From Moorena producens (lineage in GTDB: Bacteria; Cyanobacteriota; Cyanobacteriia; Cyanobacteriales; Coleofasciculaceae): a stretch of 64,000 nucleotides of DNA. The notes under the pieces were generated by a model. It had not been told where the DNA came from and did no database searches. It was given only the letters and a program-made list of their open reading frames with translations. Positions 31,985 through 42,744 of the stretch are shown here, in pieces (position 1 is the stretch's first letter; the number at the start of each line of letters is the position of its first letter). A program made the translations under genes and the position numbers. The DNA lies in the NCBI RefSeq assembly GCF_965240435.1, contig NZ_CBDEKO010000003.1; one strand, given 5' to 3'.

Positions 31985-32357
31985 TTTAGTTATACAAAAC
32001 GCTGTAGATAGGTTTATAATAACAAAAATATCCCCCCTCAGGTTATTTCTACCTTTCTTGCTAAGAAAGGGATAAGGGGTGACTTGTTCAAAATCTTATA
32101 TAAGGCCCCATAAACTAGCCAATTATTCGAGCATAGATGATCAGCTTTCTGAATAGCTTCAGCCGCTCCCTGATTTTCACCCCTGTCAAACAAACACCGG
32201 CCATAATAACACCAGCCATTAGGATTATTTGCGTACTCCTGAGTTACTCTCCATGATTCTATTAATCAGCAATGCCTTCCCTTTTGCCTCTTGCCTCTTG
32301 CCTCTTGCCTTTGGGAGTATGTTCACAACCGATGATACCAACGCGCTCATAAACCTG

Positions 32358-32753
32358 ATGATTGGAATTGTGATTATCTCCCACAGTGCTAAGCTAGCAG
32401 CTGGGGTCAAGGAATTAGCCCAACAGATGGTTCAGACCTCCGTACCGATTGCGATCGCAGCTGGTATCGATGACCCGGAAAATCCCTTTGGTACCGATGT
32501 GCTGCAAGTCCAAGCTGCCATTGAGTCGGTTTACTCCGATGCTGGGGTAGTGGTATTAATGGATTTAGGCAGTGCCGTGCTGAGTGCGGAAATGGCACTG
32601 GAGTTTCTGGATCAAGACCAGAAACCCAAGGTAAGATTGTGCGAAGCGCCATTAGTGGAAGGTGCGATCGCAGCCGTTGTCCAAGCTGCGGCTGGTGGTG
32701 ATATGGACCAAGGGATTGCTGAAGCTAGATCAGCCTTCATCGGTGACACTTGA
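32358..32753 (+). CDS. truncated paralog of dhaM 5' region: stand-alone EIIA(Man)-like phosphotransfer domain
   Basis: MIGIVIISHSAKLAAGVKELAQQMVQTS... nearly identical (nt and aa) to the first ~125 aa of the 38239..40914 gene, then diverges and stops (..ARSAFIGDT*). ORF-track start 32229 runs through a CCTCTTG repeat and is probably artefactual. Confidence 0.55.
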   Translation: MIGIVIISHSAKLAAGVKELAQQMVQTSVPIAIAAGIDDPENPFGTDVLQVQAAIESVYSDAGVVVLMDLGSAVLSAEMALEFLDQDQKPKVRLCEAPLVEGAIAAVVQAAAGGDMDQGIAEARSAFIGDT

Positions 32754-32811
32754 TACTTGAGTTGGGATTCCCGCTGCTGGTAGGGTTTCAGCAGACAGTC
32801 CAAGTAAGCAT

Positions 32812-32851
<40 letters not shown>

Positions 32852-33094
32852 AGATTTAACTCAGCATTATTCCAATGCTTACCTGTTTTATTAAAAAGCT
32901 GTTCGGTGTGGCCTGCCCATAAACTGATAGCTGATAGCTGATGGCTGAACGCGTAGCGTGCGCGTAGCGCTAATCGCTGTTCGCTTACCAGTCCAATTTA
33001 TTCATCAAAATCAAGGACAAACCCCATCAACTATGGGAAGGACTCTTTTGTCTGTCTTCAGACAAGGAGGTTAGATCATGTCGGGATAATTACC

Positions 33095-33190
33095 CTGTCT
33101 TGATGCAGTCGCTCATGGGGGAAACCACGCCAGTTGCTCATGGGGGAAACCCCCAAGACCGCACTGGCTCCCCAAGACCGCGCTGCATCG
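33095..33190. mobile_element. MITE-like element (family B: CTTGATGCAGTCGCTCATGGGGG ... CCAAGACCGCGCTGCATCGC); further copies ~45700-45775 and ~56575-56760
   Basis: Shared terminal motifs read directly at the three sites; boundaries approximate. Confidence 0.5.
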
Positions 33191-33305
33191 CTTAATAAAA
33201 ATCTCCCCATCTCCCCATCTCCCCATCTCCCCATCTCCCCATCTCCCCATCTCCCCATCTCCCCATCTCCCCATCTCCCCATCTCCCCATCTCCCCATCT
33301 CCCCA
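33190..33305. repeat. octamer array CCCCATCT x~13
   Basis: Direct reading. Confidence 0.95.
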
Positions 33306-33894
33306 CCCTCCCTCTAATTATGGGTATTCAACCGGACTTGATATTAGTTATCTCTATTTCACCCTTTAGATAGAGATAAAAGTAATCTGTTTTCGTTAAT
33401 AGTACACAATTCGTGATTTTAGCTCCCCTTACTTTCACCAGACCCTAGCCAAATCAGTACATCTTTACCACTACCCTATTTTTCTCTAGAGACCAAATTT
33501 TTAATGACATGTTGCCCACCCTACAGAGCCGATAGCATTTCTATTTGAGTTGTGAACAGAATCCTTTAAAGAAAGGCTAGAGGCTAGAGGCTAGAGGCTA
33601 GATATAATAAACTATATAGGCATTTTATGGAAGGTCAAAAACTATAATTATTGTTTACAAATCCTTTGTAAAATAAGTTAACTTGAAGGTAAAAAGTTGA
33701 AGTATACAGGTTGTTAATGTGTAGTAGAGAAAACAAGTTAACTTAAGGTTAATAAAAAGAGGATAAAAAGAGAAAAAAGGCTGAAAAAAAATTTAATAAA
33801 TAATCCCAACTCAAGCTCTGACTGCACTTGAAGGATTAAGTTGACGAACTTAACTTGTTTTATTAGAACAAGTATGGGATAGTGAATTTTGGTG

Positions 33895-34040
33895 CATCAA
33901 CAGGACTGATTCTGGCAACAAACCTCAGTTCTGATCGCCCATGGGGTGAAAATGCGGAACAGGAGGTTGCTTCTTGGGTCAAGTTCCTCTTGGAAAAACT
34001 GTCTGATCGAGATAGCAGCGCCTTTTGGGGGCTGTAAACT
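33895..34040 (+). pseudogene. fragment paralogous to the 5' end of the ECF sigma-factor gene (35599..36954)
   Basis: Translation ...GLILATNLSSDRPWGENAEQEVASWVKFLLEKLSDRDSSAFWGL* parallels MLATNLSSDGQWGDKTEKETSSWVEPLLEKLSDGDSSAFWLL... of the full gene; flanked by the same AT-rich upstream sequence (33480-33890 vs 35020-35590). Confidence 0.6.
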
Positions 34041-34229
34041 CGAAGCTGCACTCGGACAAAAGGGTGCAGGGTGCGTCTTACTTTGATAAATGTTACTTAG
34101 GGTTCTTTAGGGAGCAGCTCGCCCTAATTTTCCCCCTCCTTAGCAGTGTTGGGAGAGCCTGTTTCGTAATGCAGCATCAGGTCAAATAGCTTTTAGGATA
34201 TGCGCCCTGAGTAGGGAGCCTGTTCGATG

Positions 34230-34560
34230 GCGGTGCTTAATAATGAAATGATTTTAATGCTGAGGTGGAATGGGCATCTTGCCTGTTCCAGCGGTGCTTA
34301 ATAATGGAATAATTTTAATGCTGAGGTGGAATAGGCATCTTGCCTGTTCCAGCGGTGCTTAATAATGGAATAATTTTAATGCTGAGGTGGAATGGGCATC
34401 TTGCCTGTTCCTGGCATGGCTTAATCATGGATTTTAATGCTGAGGTGGAATAGGCATCTTGCCTGTTCCTGGCATGGCTTAATCATGGATTTTAATGCTG
34501 AGGTGGAATGGGCATCTTGGTGGAACAGGCATCTTGCCTGTTACAATCTTCGCGCGGGCA
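34230..34560. repeat. ~61-bp tandem repeat x~5 (TGAGGTGGAATGGGCATCTTGCCTGTTCC...TTTTAATGC)
   Basis: Direct reading; contains the GGCAAGATGCCC hairpin motif in reverse orientation relative to the 23738-24229 array. Confidence 0.9.
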
Positions 34561-35082
34561 GGATGCCCACTCTACTCCTATTCATTGCTTGATTCAGCAA
34601 CGCCCAGCAACGCCGGACAAGGAAACAAGATCAGCCAAGTTTCCAGATTTTAAATCCAGCAGTCACAAAATAAATCCGAAACCGTCTTAGAAGTGGGCTG
34701 GACAAAACCGCAAGGATAAGGATAGCCTCAAACCGGATTGTTATGGAGGATGTTCTAGTTTTATTTCAGGACTTTTTACCAACACTAGTAAGAGGTAAAG
34801 AGGTAACTTAAAACGTCAGCGGTCAGCTTTGTGGCACAGGCTTCCAGCCTGTGACTTAACTCATATAAAAAAAATGGTTACCTGTTTGATTCACAAACTG
34901 ATAACTGAACGCGCACCCGTGCGCGTAGCGCATTACCTGATAATAGATGAATGATTACCTAGAGGTTAATTATGGCAATATAAAAAAATAATATATGTTC
35001 CTTTAAATACAAAATTTAATTTTTTTTTTCAACCCTAGAGAGCCTATAGGATTTATATTTGAGTTGTGAACAGCATCCCTTA

Positions 35083-35187
35083 CAGGACTTACGCATGTGC
35101 CCCCTAAATCCCCCAATTCTGGGGGACTTTGACATCATTACCCCCAGAATTGGGGGGCTAGGGCGCAACTTAACCGCCTAAGTCCTG
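35083..35187. mobile_element. MITE (family A) with terminal inverted repeats CAGGACTTACGC / GCCTAAGTCCTG; second copy 56971..57098
   Basis: ~105-130 bp elements with matching TIRs and internal GGGGGACTTTGAC / CCCCAGAATTGGGGGG; copy 1 interrupts a sequence that is uninterrupted in its paralogous copy at 33540-33560. Confidence 0.7.
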
Positions 35188-35598
35188 CCTTAAAGAAAAG
35201 CTAGAGGTAAGAGCTAATTAACTATGTAGGAATTTTGGATACTCTAATCATTGTTTAAAAATGATTATTGGACTCTGTCATGCCGTATTTTTTAATTATT
35301 GATTAATATTGGCATCTATAAGCTTAAATAATTAGGAATTAGGTAAAAAAAATTAACAAAAACTTATAACTAAAGCTATGACTACACTTAAACTATTAAG
35401 TTGAATAACCTAACTTGTTTGACAATAACGAGTATGGAATAATTAATAATTTCGGTGCATCTCAGTTTTGTAAAAACATGAAATTGTAATACTTTAACTC
35501 TGATTAGATTATTTAGATTCTGATTAGCTGGTTAGCTTAGGGATCCATTTACAAATATGAGATTAAGCTGAATTGAGTTTGGTGTTTCATCAGGACTG

Positions 35599-36954
35599 AT
35601 GCTGGCAACAAACCTAAGTTCTGATGGCCAATGGGGCGACAAGACTGAAAAAGAAACAAGTTCTTGGGTCGAGCCTCTGCTCGAAAAACTGTCTGATGGA
35701 GATAGCAGCGCCTTTTGGCTCCTGTGGGAACACTATCAAGACTATCTTTACCATCGCTGCTTAAGGTGGATGGGGGGTAATACCACTGAAGCACAAGATG
35801 CTATTTCTGAGATTATGGTCAAGGCTTGGGAAAAATTGCCCAAATTTGCCGCAAAGATTACCAATCTCAAAGGATGGCTGACCAAATTTGCCCGTAACTT
35901 CTGTATAGACCGACATCGAGAAAACAACTCTGGGGCAATCGGAGTAGAAAACCTCGAAGCTATGGCAGTGCCAGAGGGGAATGGGTTGGTTACGGAATTC
36001 GATACCCCAGAAAAACTTGTAGAAAAGAGGGAGCTATTAGAGGTAATCCAAAGTGCTCTAGAGGATTTGCCGGAGAATCAGCGGCAGGTATCTGTCTTGC
36101 GCTTTGAGCAGGAGTTGTCTTATCAAGAGATAGCTCAACGACTGGCAATTTCCAACGATAGCGTTCGTAAACGTATCCAACGAGCTAGGGAAAGACTGCA
36201 AAAGCAGTTGACTAAGTATCTGGCAGGGTTGGATGAAAAGGCTTACGGGGAAATCGCCAAATTGCAGGAGATTTGGGGAGTAAAAGAGCAGGAGAGTAAA
36301 GAAGAAAAAGACGAAGAAAGCTATGTCACTCCCTCAAACAAAGAAATAGGCAAAGGAGAGCAGGAGACAATTGAGAATTTGGAGTCTTTAAGGCCGATGC
36401 CAGTGTCGGAGTCTGCTTCAGTCGAGGAGCCTTCTAAGGATTTAGACAAAACGGGAGTGGAGATAACCTCACTGGTAGAGCCAGATTTGGCAGTTAAGCC
36501 AGCAGTGGAGATAAGGTCACTGGTAGAGCCAGCATTGACAGTTGAGCCACTATCTGAACTACCAAAAGTAATCCTAATTAAAAAAGAGCCCAGAAGTAGG
36601 GACAGCAAAAACCAGCAAATTTTAAGCAGACCAAGAAGCTCCCAGGCATTACTCCCCTTGGCTGGAAAATTACGATTGGAAAGTACTCCAAATCCCCAAT
36701 CAAAGCAGGGGAGCGATCGCAATCCTATCCAGAGCCATGGCGTTAAACTGCTTATGCCCCAAGAGATAGCAATTTCTCCACCATCCCTAGGGTATAGGAG
36801 CATTAAAGCACCAAGAGGAAAGGAGCTTTCCCAGTTCCCAATCCCGATTTTGGCGACAATTGTGTCTTGGTGGGGCACTCTCAAAAAGACAGTAGACCCA
36901 AGCAGCAATCAGAGGTCACATACAGGGGATAGAGGACCCCCAGATCAGCTTTAA
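35599..36954 (+). CDS. ECF-type sigma-70 family RNA polymerase sigma factor with ~250-aa repetitive C-terminal extension
   Basis: Region 2 (...YLYHRCLRWMGGNTTEAQDAISEIMVKAWEK...) and region 4 HTH (...LSYQEIAQRLAISNDSVRKRIQRARERL...); extension has VEIxSLVEPxLxV repeats. Confidence 0.8.
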   Translation: MLATNLSSDGQWGDKTEKETSSWVEPLLEKLSDGDSSAFWLLWEHYQDYLYHRCLRWMGGNTTEAQDAISEIMVKAWEKLPKFAAKITNLKGWLTKFARNFCIDRHRENNSGAIGVENLEAMAVPEGNGLVTEFDTPEKLVEKRELLEVIQSALEDLPENQRQVSVLRFEQELSYQEIAQRLAISNDSVRKRIQRARERLQKQLTKYLAGLDEKAYGEIAKLQEIWGVKEQESKEEKDEESYVTPSNKEIGKGEQETIENLESLRPMPVSESASVEEPSKDLDKTGVEITSLVEPDLAVKPAVEIRSLVEPALTVEPLSELPKVILIKKEPRSRDSKNQQILSRPRSSQALLPLAGKLRLESTPNPQSKQGSDRNPIQSHGVKLLMPQEIAISPPSLGYRSIKAPRGKELSQFPIPILATIVSWWGTLKKTVDPSSNQRSHTGDRGPPDQL

Positions 36955-37629
36955 TTTGTGGTCATGGCTAATTTGCTCATAGCAGCTCAAGGGCATTAGA
37001 ATTACGCACAGATTCCATGGGTAGGGTGGGCAAAACCTTGCCCACCCTACAGGTAGCGTTAAATTGAGGGATTTGCGTAAGTCCTATGGCTCATAGCAGC
37101 TCAAGGGCATTAGCTAGAGTAGCTACTAATAAAGGGTAAGCATTCAGCAGTGAGCGGTCAGCCGTAAGCCATAGTCCTTTGACTGATGGCTGATAGCTGT
37201 TAGCGTAGCGTGCGCGTAGCGCATAGGCTGATAGCTGATACGCGACACGCTGATAGCTAATAGCTGGTGTGTTTTTTCACAACCAGCTAGTATTCCCATG
37301 ACAAAAAACAAAACTAAAAACTGAAAGCTGCCCTAGGACAAAAGGGTACGGGGGATGTTCGATGAAACTTGGAAAAAAGAGAAGCTTTGTTGGCAGGTTT
37401 TAAATCCAGCAGTCACAAAATGACTCCTCAACCGTCTTAGAAGTGGAAAGGACAAAACCGGAAGGAAAGGATAACCTCAAACCGGATTGTTCTGGAGGAT
37501 GTTCTAGTTTTATTTCAGAAATTTTTTCCAACACTAGTACCAACACTAGTAAGAGGTAAAGAGGTAACTGAAAACAAAAAACAGGAACATTATTGAATCG
37601 AAACGTTAATCCTAAAGGAACAAAAAAAG

Positions 37630-38037
37630 ATGGAAACTCGCCGTCAAAATTTAATCTATAGTGCATTGCTTTCTGTTTTCAAAGCAGCAATGGCGATCGT
37701 CATAGTTTTCGCCTTAGCTACCCCTCCAGCATTAGCACAAGCCAAGTCTTGCATTAGCTTATTAGTTGGTGCGGGATATGCAGCCGAAATGCGCGTTGTT
37801 TCTCAAGACGGGAATTCTCCTTGGACAGGTAGCTTTCCGATCGGACAAACAAAGTGTATTGATTTAGATAGCATTCCTGTTCAAAATGGTCATGTCTTCA
37901 ACACTGAAATTCACGCACTTCTAGGGGAAACTAAAACTTGTGATCCTCAGTTTGTTATTCGCGACACTAGCGATCCTAACAGCTTGGTGTATCAAGCCTG
38001 GGGCACAACTTTAAATGTTAGCTGTAAACAGCCTTAG
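37630..38037 (+). CDS. small secreted hypothetical protein (signal peptide, 4 Cys)
   Basis: METRRQNLIYSALLSVFKAAMAIVIVFALATPPALAQA signal peptide. Confidence 0.5.
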   Translation: METRRQNLIYSALLSVFKAAMAIVIVFALATPPALAQAKSCISLLVGAGYAAEMRVVSQDGNSPWTGSFPIGQTKCIDLDSIPVQNGHVFNTEIHALLGETKTCDPQFVIRDTSDPNSLVYQAWGTTLNVSCKQP

Positions 38038-38072
38038 TAATATAAACAACTAGGTCGTTTATATTAAAACCT

Positions 38073-38107
38073 AACCCCTCTTTTATAAAAAGGAGGGGTT
38101 ATTTATT
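38073..38107 (+). terminator. intrinsic terminator
   Basis: AACCCCTCttttataaaaagGAGGGGTT followed by ATTTATT. Confidence 0.55.
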
Positions 38108-38238
38108 GCTTGAATCAGTTATTGCGTTTATCGTAATTATGAGGTACAGTCAATTTTATTACCCCTACTCCCTATTCTCTACTCCCATTAACCCCAAGGG
38201 CGAGGTACCTTAGGGAATTGAGAAATGCTCTACACCTT

Positions 38239-40914
38239 ATGATTGGAATTGTGATTATCTCCCACAGTGCTAAGCTAGCCGCTGGGGTCAAAGAATTAGC
38301 CCAACAGATGGTTCAGACATCAATACCAATTGCGATCGCAGCGGGTATTGATGACCCAGAAAATCCCTTTGGTACGGATGTGCTGCAAGTCCAAGCTGCC
38401 ATTGAGTCGGTTTACTCCGATGCTGGGGTAGTGGTATTAATGGATTTAGGCAGTGCCGTGCTCAGTGCGGAAATGGCACTGGAGTTTCTGGATGAAGAGC
38501 AGAAACCCAATGTAAGATTGTGCGAAGCGCCATTAGTGGAAGGTGCGATCGCAGCCGTTGTCCAAGCTGCGGCTGGTGGTGATATCGACCAAGTGATTGC
38601 TGAAGCTAGATCAGCTTTAACCGCTAAAGCCTCTCAGTTATCAGTTGTTGATAGTAATGATAGTACTGATAGTACTGAGTTTGACCCGGTGGGTGGAACG
38701 GGCATCTTGCCCGTGGGTGGAACGGGCATCTTGCCCGTGGGTGGAACGGGCATCTTGCCCGTGGGTGGGACTGGCTGTTCCAACCCTGGCTACGAAGGGG
38801 AAAATGAGGGTGAGCCCGTCCCTAACGCACCACTAGCAACTACAACCAAAGAAATCCATCTTACTGTCGATAATCTACAGGGAATTCATGCTCGTCCTGC
38901 TGCCCAATTTGTTACTAAAGCTAATCGGTTTAACTGTGAAATTACGTTACAAAATATCACCAAAACTAGCAATATAGTTAATGGAAAAAGCATTAATAAT
39001 GTGATGCTTTTAGGTATCCAACAGGGAGATGAAATAGTCATCAAAGCAGTGGGAGAAGATGCCGAATTAGCGTTGATAGCGTTGCAGCAGCTAGTCGATA
39101 ACAATTTTGGCGAAACAGTAAATAAAGCAAAAGAAGACATCAACCAAAATTATAACCCTTCCAGTAACCAATCCCTTCACCCGTCATCCGTCACACTTGA
39201 TAGGTTAATTGGAATTCCTGCTTCTGCTGGTATTGCTATGGGAGCGGTTATTGTCTACCAACCCAAACGTCCAGAGATTATTGAAGAGCAAACAGATAAT
39301 CCTCAAGGAGAGTGGGAAACCCTACAACTTGCTATTAAAACAGCACAACAGCAACTTGAACACCTGATCAATACTGTTACTAACGATCAGGCAGATATTT
39401 TTCAGGCTCACTTGCTCTACTTAGAAGATCCAGCCCTAGTTAATAGAGCTTATCAGATTATAGTTGACCAGCATCTATGGGCAGGGGCGGCTTGGAAAAC
39501 TGTGATCGATGAAACGGTAGCAAATTACCAAACTCTGGAAGACTCCTACATGCAAGCTCGGGGAAATGATGTGATCGATGTCGGCTGGCGAGTGTTGCGA
39601 TTACTGACGAATAGGAAAGAAACCTGTCTAGATGTGACTGAGCCTGGTATTCTGGTTGCTGCTGATTTAACTCCCTCTGAGGTCGCGCAACTCAATCCGA
39701 TCCAAGTCCTAGGTATCTGTTGCGCTAGTGGCAGTGCTACAGCCCATAGTGCCCTGATCGCGAATATGCTCGGTATACCGATGATGGTTGGTGTTGGTCA
39801 GGATCTGTTGTCGTTGCCAGCTGGTACGGAGTTGGCACTGGATGGGACAACCGGTCAAATTTGGGTAGAGCCTTCTGAGGAACGGAAGCAAGAATTACAG
39901 CTACAGAGCAACAGTAAGGATGAATTACCTACAGAGGTAATTACTCAAGATGGACACAAAATTCCCTTGATGGCAAATGTTTTGGGAGAGGCTGATGCTA
40001 AATTGGCTCTCGATTGTGGTGCTCAAGGGATAGGTTTACTTAGGACTGAGTTTCTTTATCTGGAACGCTTAACTATTCCGATGGAAGAAGAGCAGTTGGC
40101 AACCTATCAAGCCATTGCGGAAATTATGGGTACCCATCCCTTAACGATTCGTACTTTAGATATTGGCGGTGACAAGCCCATTCCCTTCCTGAATCTAGCC
40201 TCTTCTGATGCTCCCTCTGATCGGCACACCCCAGAGCCTAACCCTTTCCTAGGATGGCGGGGAATTCGTCAGAGTTTGGATTGTCCAGAGATGCTCAAAA
40301 TCCAACTGCGGGCGATTCTACGAGGGAGTTATGGACACAACATTAAAGTGATGTTTCCTATGGTTTCTTCAGTACAAGAGGTACGGGCTGCTAAGGAAAT
40401 CCTAGCAGAGGCTCAAGCCGAGTTGCGCCAAGAAGGGTATAGTTTTAATGAACAGATGCCAGTGGGGATTATGGTAGAAGTCCCGGCAGCAGTAACCATG
40501 GCTGATCAGTTAGCGGCTGAAGTGGACTTTTTCAGCATTGGTACCAATGATTTGAGTCAATATGTGATGGCCGCTGACCGTACTAATCCCAAGGTGGCGA
40601 AGCTAGCTGATGCCCTTGAACCGGCTGTGCTACGGATGATTCAGCAAACGGTAACTGTTGCTCATCAAGCAGGGATTCCGGTTAGTGTGTGTGGTCAGTT
40701 GGCATCAAATCCAGTAGGGATACCGATTTTATTAGGGTTGGGTGTGGATGAGTTGAGTGTGAATCCACCTGCGATCGCTACTGTAATTTCAGTTATTACA
40801 CAGTTGAGTATCAACCAGGCCGAGATGCTTGCTGGTGAGGTGTTGCAGCTAGATTCGGCTCTTGCGGTTAGAGAGTATAGCGCTACGCGCAAGGCAATAG
40901 GCAATAGGCAATAG
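38239..40914 (+). CDS. dhaM: multidomain PTS-type phosphotransfer protein: EIIA(Man)-like DhaM domain + HPr domain + full Enzyme I (PEP-utilising) domain
   Basis: N-term MIGIVIISHSAKLAAG...VRLCEAPLVEGAIAAV (DhaM/EIIA-Man); HPr ...IHARPAAQFV...; EI ...GSATAHSALIANMLGIPMMVGV...LRTEFLYL...FFSIGTNDLSQY...CGQLASNP. Linker has in-frame repeat (VGGTGILP)x3-4 encoded by GGCAAGATGCCC-type repeat. Ends ...IGNRQ* inside AATAGGC array. ORF-track TTG start 38218; ATG at 38239 used. Confidence 0.85.
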   Translation: MIGIVIISHSAKLAAGVKELAQQMVQTSIPIAIAAGIDDPENPFGTDVLQVQAAIESVYSDAGVVVLMDLGSAVLSAEMALEFLDEEQKPNVRLCEAPLVEGAIAAVVQAAAGGDIDQVIAEARSALTAKASQLSVVDSNDSTDSTEFDPVGGTGILPVGGTGILPVGGTGILPVGGTGCSNPGYEGENEGEPVPNAPLATTTKEIHLTVDNLQGIHARPAAQFVTKANRFNCEITLQNITKTSNIVNGKSINNVMLLGIQQGDEIVIKAVGEDAELALIALQQLVDNNFGETVNKAKEDINQNYNPSSNQSLHPSSVTLDRLIGIPASAGIAMGAVIVYQPKRPEIIEEQTDNPQGEWETLQLAIKTAQQQLEHLINTVTNDQADIFQAHLLYLEDPALVNRAYQIIVDQHLWAGAAWKTVIDETVANYQTLEDSYMQARGNDVIDVGWRVLRLLTNRKETCLDVTEPGILVAADLTPSEVAQLNPIQVLGICCASGSATAHSALIANMLGIPMMVGVGQDLLSLPAGTELALDGTTGQIWVEPSEERKQELQLQSNSKDELPTEVITQDGHKIPLMANVLGEADAKLALDCGAQGIGLLRTEFLYLERLTIPMEEEQLATYQAIAEIMGTHPLTIRTLDIGGDKPIPFLNLASSDAPSDRHTPEPNPFLGWRGIRQSLDCPEMLKIQLRAILRGSYGHNIKVMFPMVSSVQEVRAAKEILAEAQAELRQEGYSFNEQMPVGIMVEVPAAVTMADQLAAEVDFFSIGTNDLSQYVMAADRTNPKVAKLADALEPAVLRMIQQTVTVAHQAGIPVSVCGQLASNPVGIPILLGLGVDELSVNPPAIATVISVITQLSINQAEMLAGEVLQLDSALAVREYSATRKAIGNRQ

Positions 40915-41375
40915 GCAATAGTTTACTAGAACAGCTTTTGCTGCTTTTATACATGTTAAACACCTTAATCGGTAGTGCTATATATTGTCAAGCAACTGGA
41001 CAGGTCGGTTTGAGTCTTGGCAGGAGTGATACAGCGCTACGGGCAAGGCAACAGGCAACAGGCAACAGGCAACAGGCAACAGGCAAAAAAAAAGAGAGTC
41101 GTTTTACTGACTCTCTCGATCATCAGGGTGCATCTTATATTTCAAATATACCTGAGCAAATGAGGGGTGTCACCCCTCACTGCAAAAATCAGCCAAATGG
41201 CTTAGTTTGTAATTTGGTACTGCAAAGCTGATATCCCTGACAAGACAGGGATTGAGATTGGAACAGTTATAGCGCTACGCGCAAGGCAAGAGGCAATAGG
41301 CAAGAGGCAAAAGTTAACTAAAACAGCTTAATCGGTAGTGCTATAAAATTAGGAACCATTATCAACCCCAGATCT

Positions 41376-42071
41376 ATGTTCGAGCAACAACCCCAAGCAC
41401 TACAGCAAAAGGTCAAACTTTTGGCATTGGAATCAATTCGCCAAGATAATCCATCTCAATGGTTTGACGTTTTATATGCCGAAGCTAATGGGGATTCGGG
41501 GCAAATACCTTGGGCGCGTAATACACCCCATCCCTATCTACAGGATTGGTTAGCGCGTAATACACCCCAAGGGTCGGGTCGCTCTGCCCTAGTGGTTGGT
41601 TGTGGGTTAGGGGATGATGCTGAAGCGTTGGCGCAGCAGGGTTTCCAAGTGACTGCCTTTGATATTTCCCCGACTGCGATCGCATGGTGCAAAAAACGAT
41701 TTCCCGATTCCCAGGTCAAGTACCAAGTGGCAGATTTATTCGCCTTAGATCCAGCATGGCATCACAAATTTGATTTTGTGTTTGAATGTCGTAACATCCA
41801 AGCCTTACCCCTCAAGCTCCGGTCAACTGTGATGAATGCGATCGCATCCTTACTCGCCCCAGGGGGAACCCTCTTAGTAATTACTCGATTTCGGGATAGC
41901 GACACTGAACCGGATGGTCCCCCTTGGCCGTTGTCAGATATAGAACTAGCTTACTTTCAGGAATTGGGCTTACAAGAAATCCATCGTGATACTATCCCAG
42001 AATCAGAGGATGACCCAATTCAACGGTTACGCATTGAATATAATCGCGAATATAGTCACCATGGTTCGTAA
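41376..42071 (+). CDS. class I SAM-dependent methyltransferase (TPMT-like)
   Basis: ...SALVVGCGLGDDAEALAQQGFQVTAFDISPTAI... motif I and post-I acidic residue. Confidence 0.7.
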   Translation: MFEQQPQALQQKVKLLALESIRQDNPSQWFDVLYAEANGDSGQIPWARNTPHPYLQDWLARNTPQGSGRSALVVGCGLGDDAEALAQQGFQVTAFDISPTAIAWCKKRFPDSQVKYQVADLFALDPAWHHKFDFVFECRNIQALPLKLRSTVMNAIASLLAPGGTLLVITRFRDSDTEPDGPPWPLSDIELAYFQELGLQEIHRDTIPESEDDPIQRLRIEYNREYSHHGS

Positions 42072-42426
42072 ACGCTTAATTATCGAAATGGGAATGGGAG
42101 TAGACCAACACGGTCAAGACCCAACCGTAGCAGCAGCAAGAGCTGTACGCAACGCTATTGCTCACAATGCCTTGCCTGGTGTTTGGGAAGTAGCTGGTTT
42201 AGAGCATCCCAATCAAATGATAGTTGAAGTTCAAGTCGCCGTGCCTTACCCAGAGCAAGTCCGAGAAGATGAAGTACTGGCTGTACTCCCATTTGGTCAG
42301 AAAACTCTATCCCTTGAGTCCGGTGGAATGGTGGTTCAAGGCAGAGCAATTCCAGAACTTAATGATAAAAATGATGAGATGCTGATTGCTGTTGCAGCGG
42401 TTACTGTTTTGGTCGATAGTGATTAG
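42061..42426 (+). CDS. small conserved protein, Lin0512-family-like (tentative)
   Basis: MVRKRLIIEMGMGVDQHGQDPTVAAARAV... recalls Lin0512-family N-terminus; overlaps methyltransferase stop by 11 nt; ORF-track start 41986 lies inside upstream gene. Confidence 0.45.
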   Translation: MVRKRLIIEMGMGVDQHGQDPTVAAARAVRNAIAHNALPGVWEVAGLEHPNQMIVEVQVAVPYPEQVREDEVLAVLPFGQKTLSLESGGMVVQGRAIPELNDKNDEMLIAVAAVTVLVDSD

Positions 42427-42590
42427 CTAAGCTATCAGCTATCAGCTATCAGCTATCAGTTATCAGCTATCAGTTATCAGCTATCAGTTATCAGCTATCA
42501 GCTATCAGCTATCAGCTATCAGCTATCAGCTATCAGCTATCAGCTATCAGCTATCAGCTATCAGCTATCAGCTATCAGCATACGGCGGTT
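42426..42590. repeat. CTATCAG heptamer array x~22 followed by CTGTTCG/CTGTTCC heptamers (42610-42680)
   Basis: Direct reading. Confidence 0.95.
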
Positions 42591-42744
42591 TGCATAACGA
42601 TCAGGTCAGGATTGTACCTGTTCGCTGTTCGCTGTTCGCTGTTCGCTGTTCTCTCTTCCCTGTTCCCTGTTCCCTAAAATCCAGAAATTTCTACCTAACT
42701 GAATTGCAAACCGCTGTATGCTTAAATTCATCAACCTTTGTCGA

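Noticed and set aside
41986-42060. Upstream extension of the Lin0512-like ORF (start 41986)
   Set aside because: Lies entirely within the methyltransferase coding region in another frame; the internal Met at 42061 gives the family-typical N-terminus.
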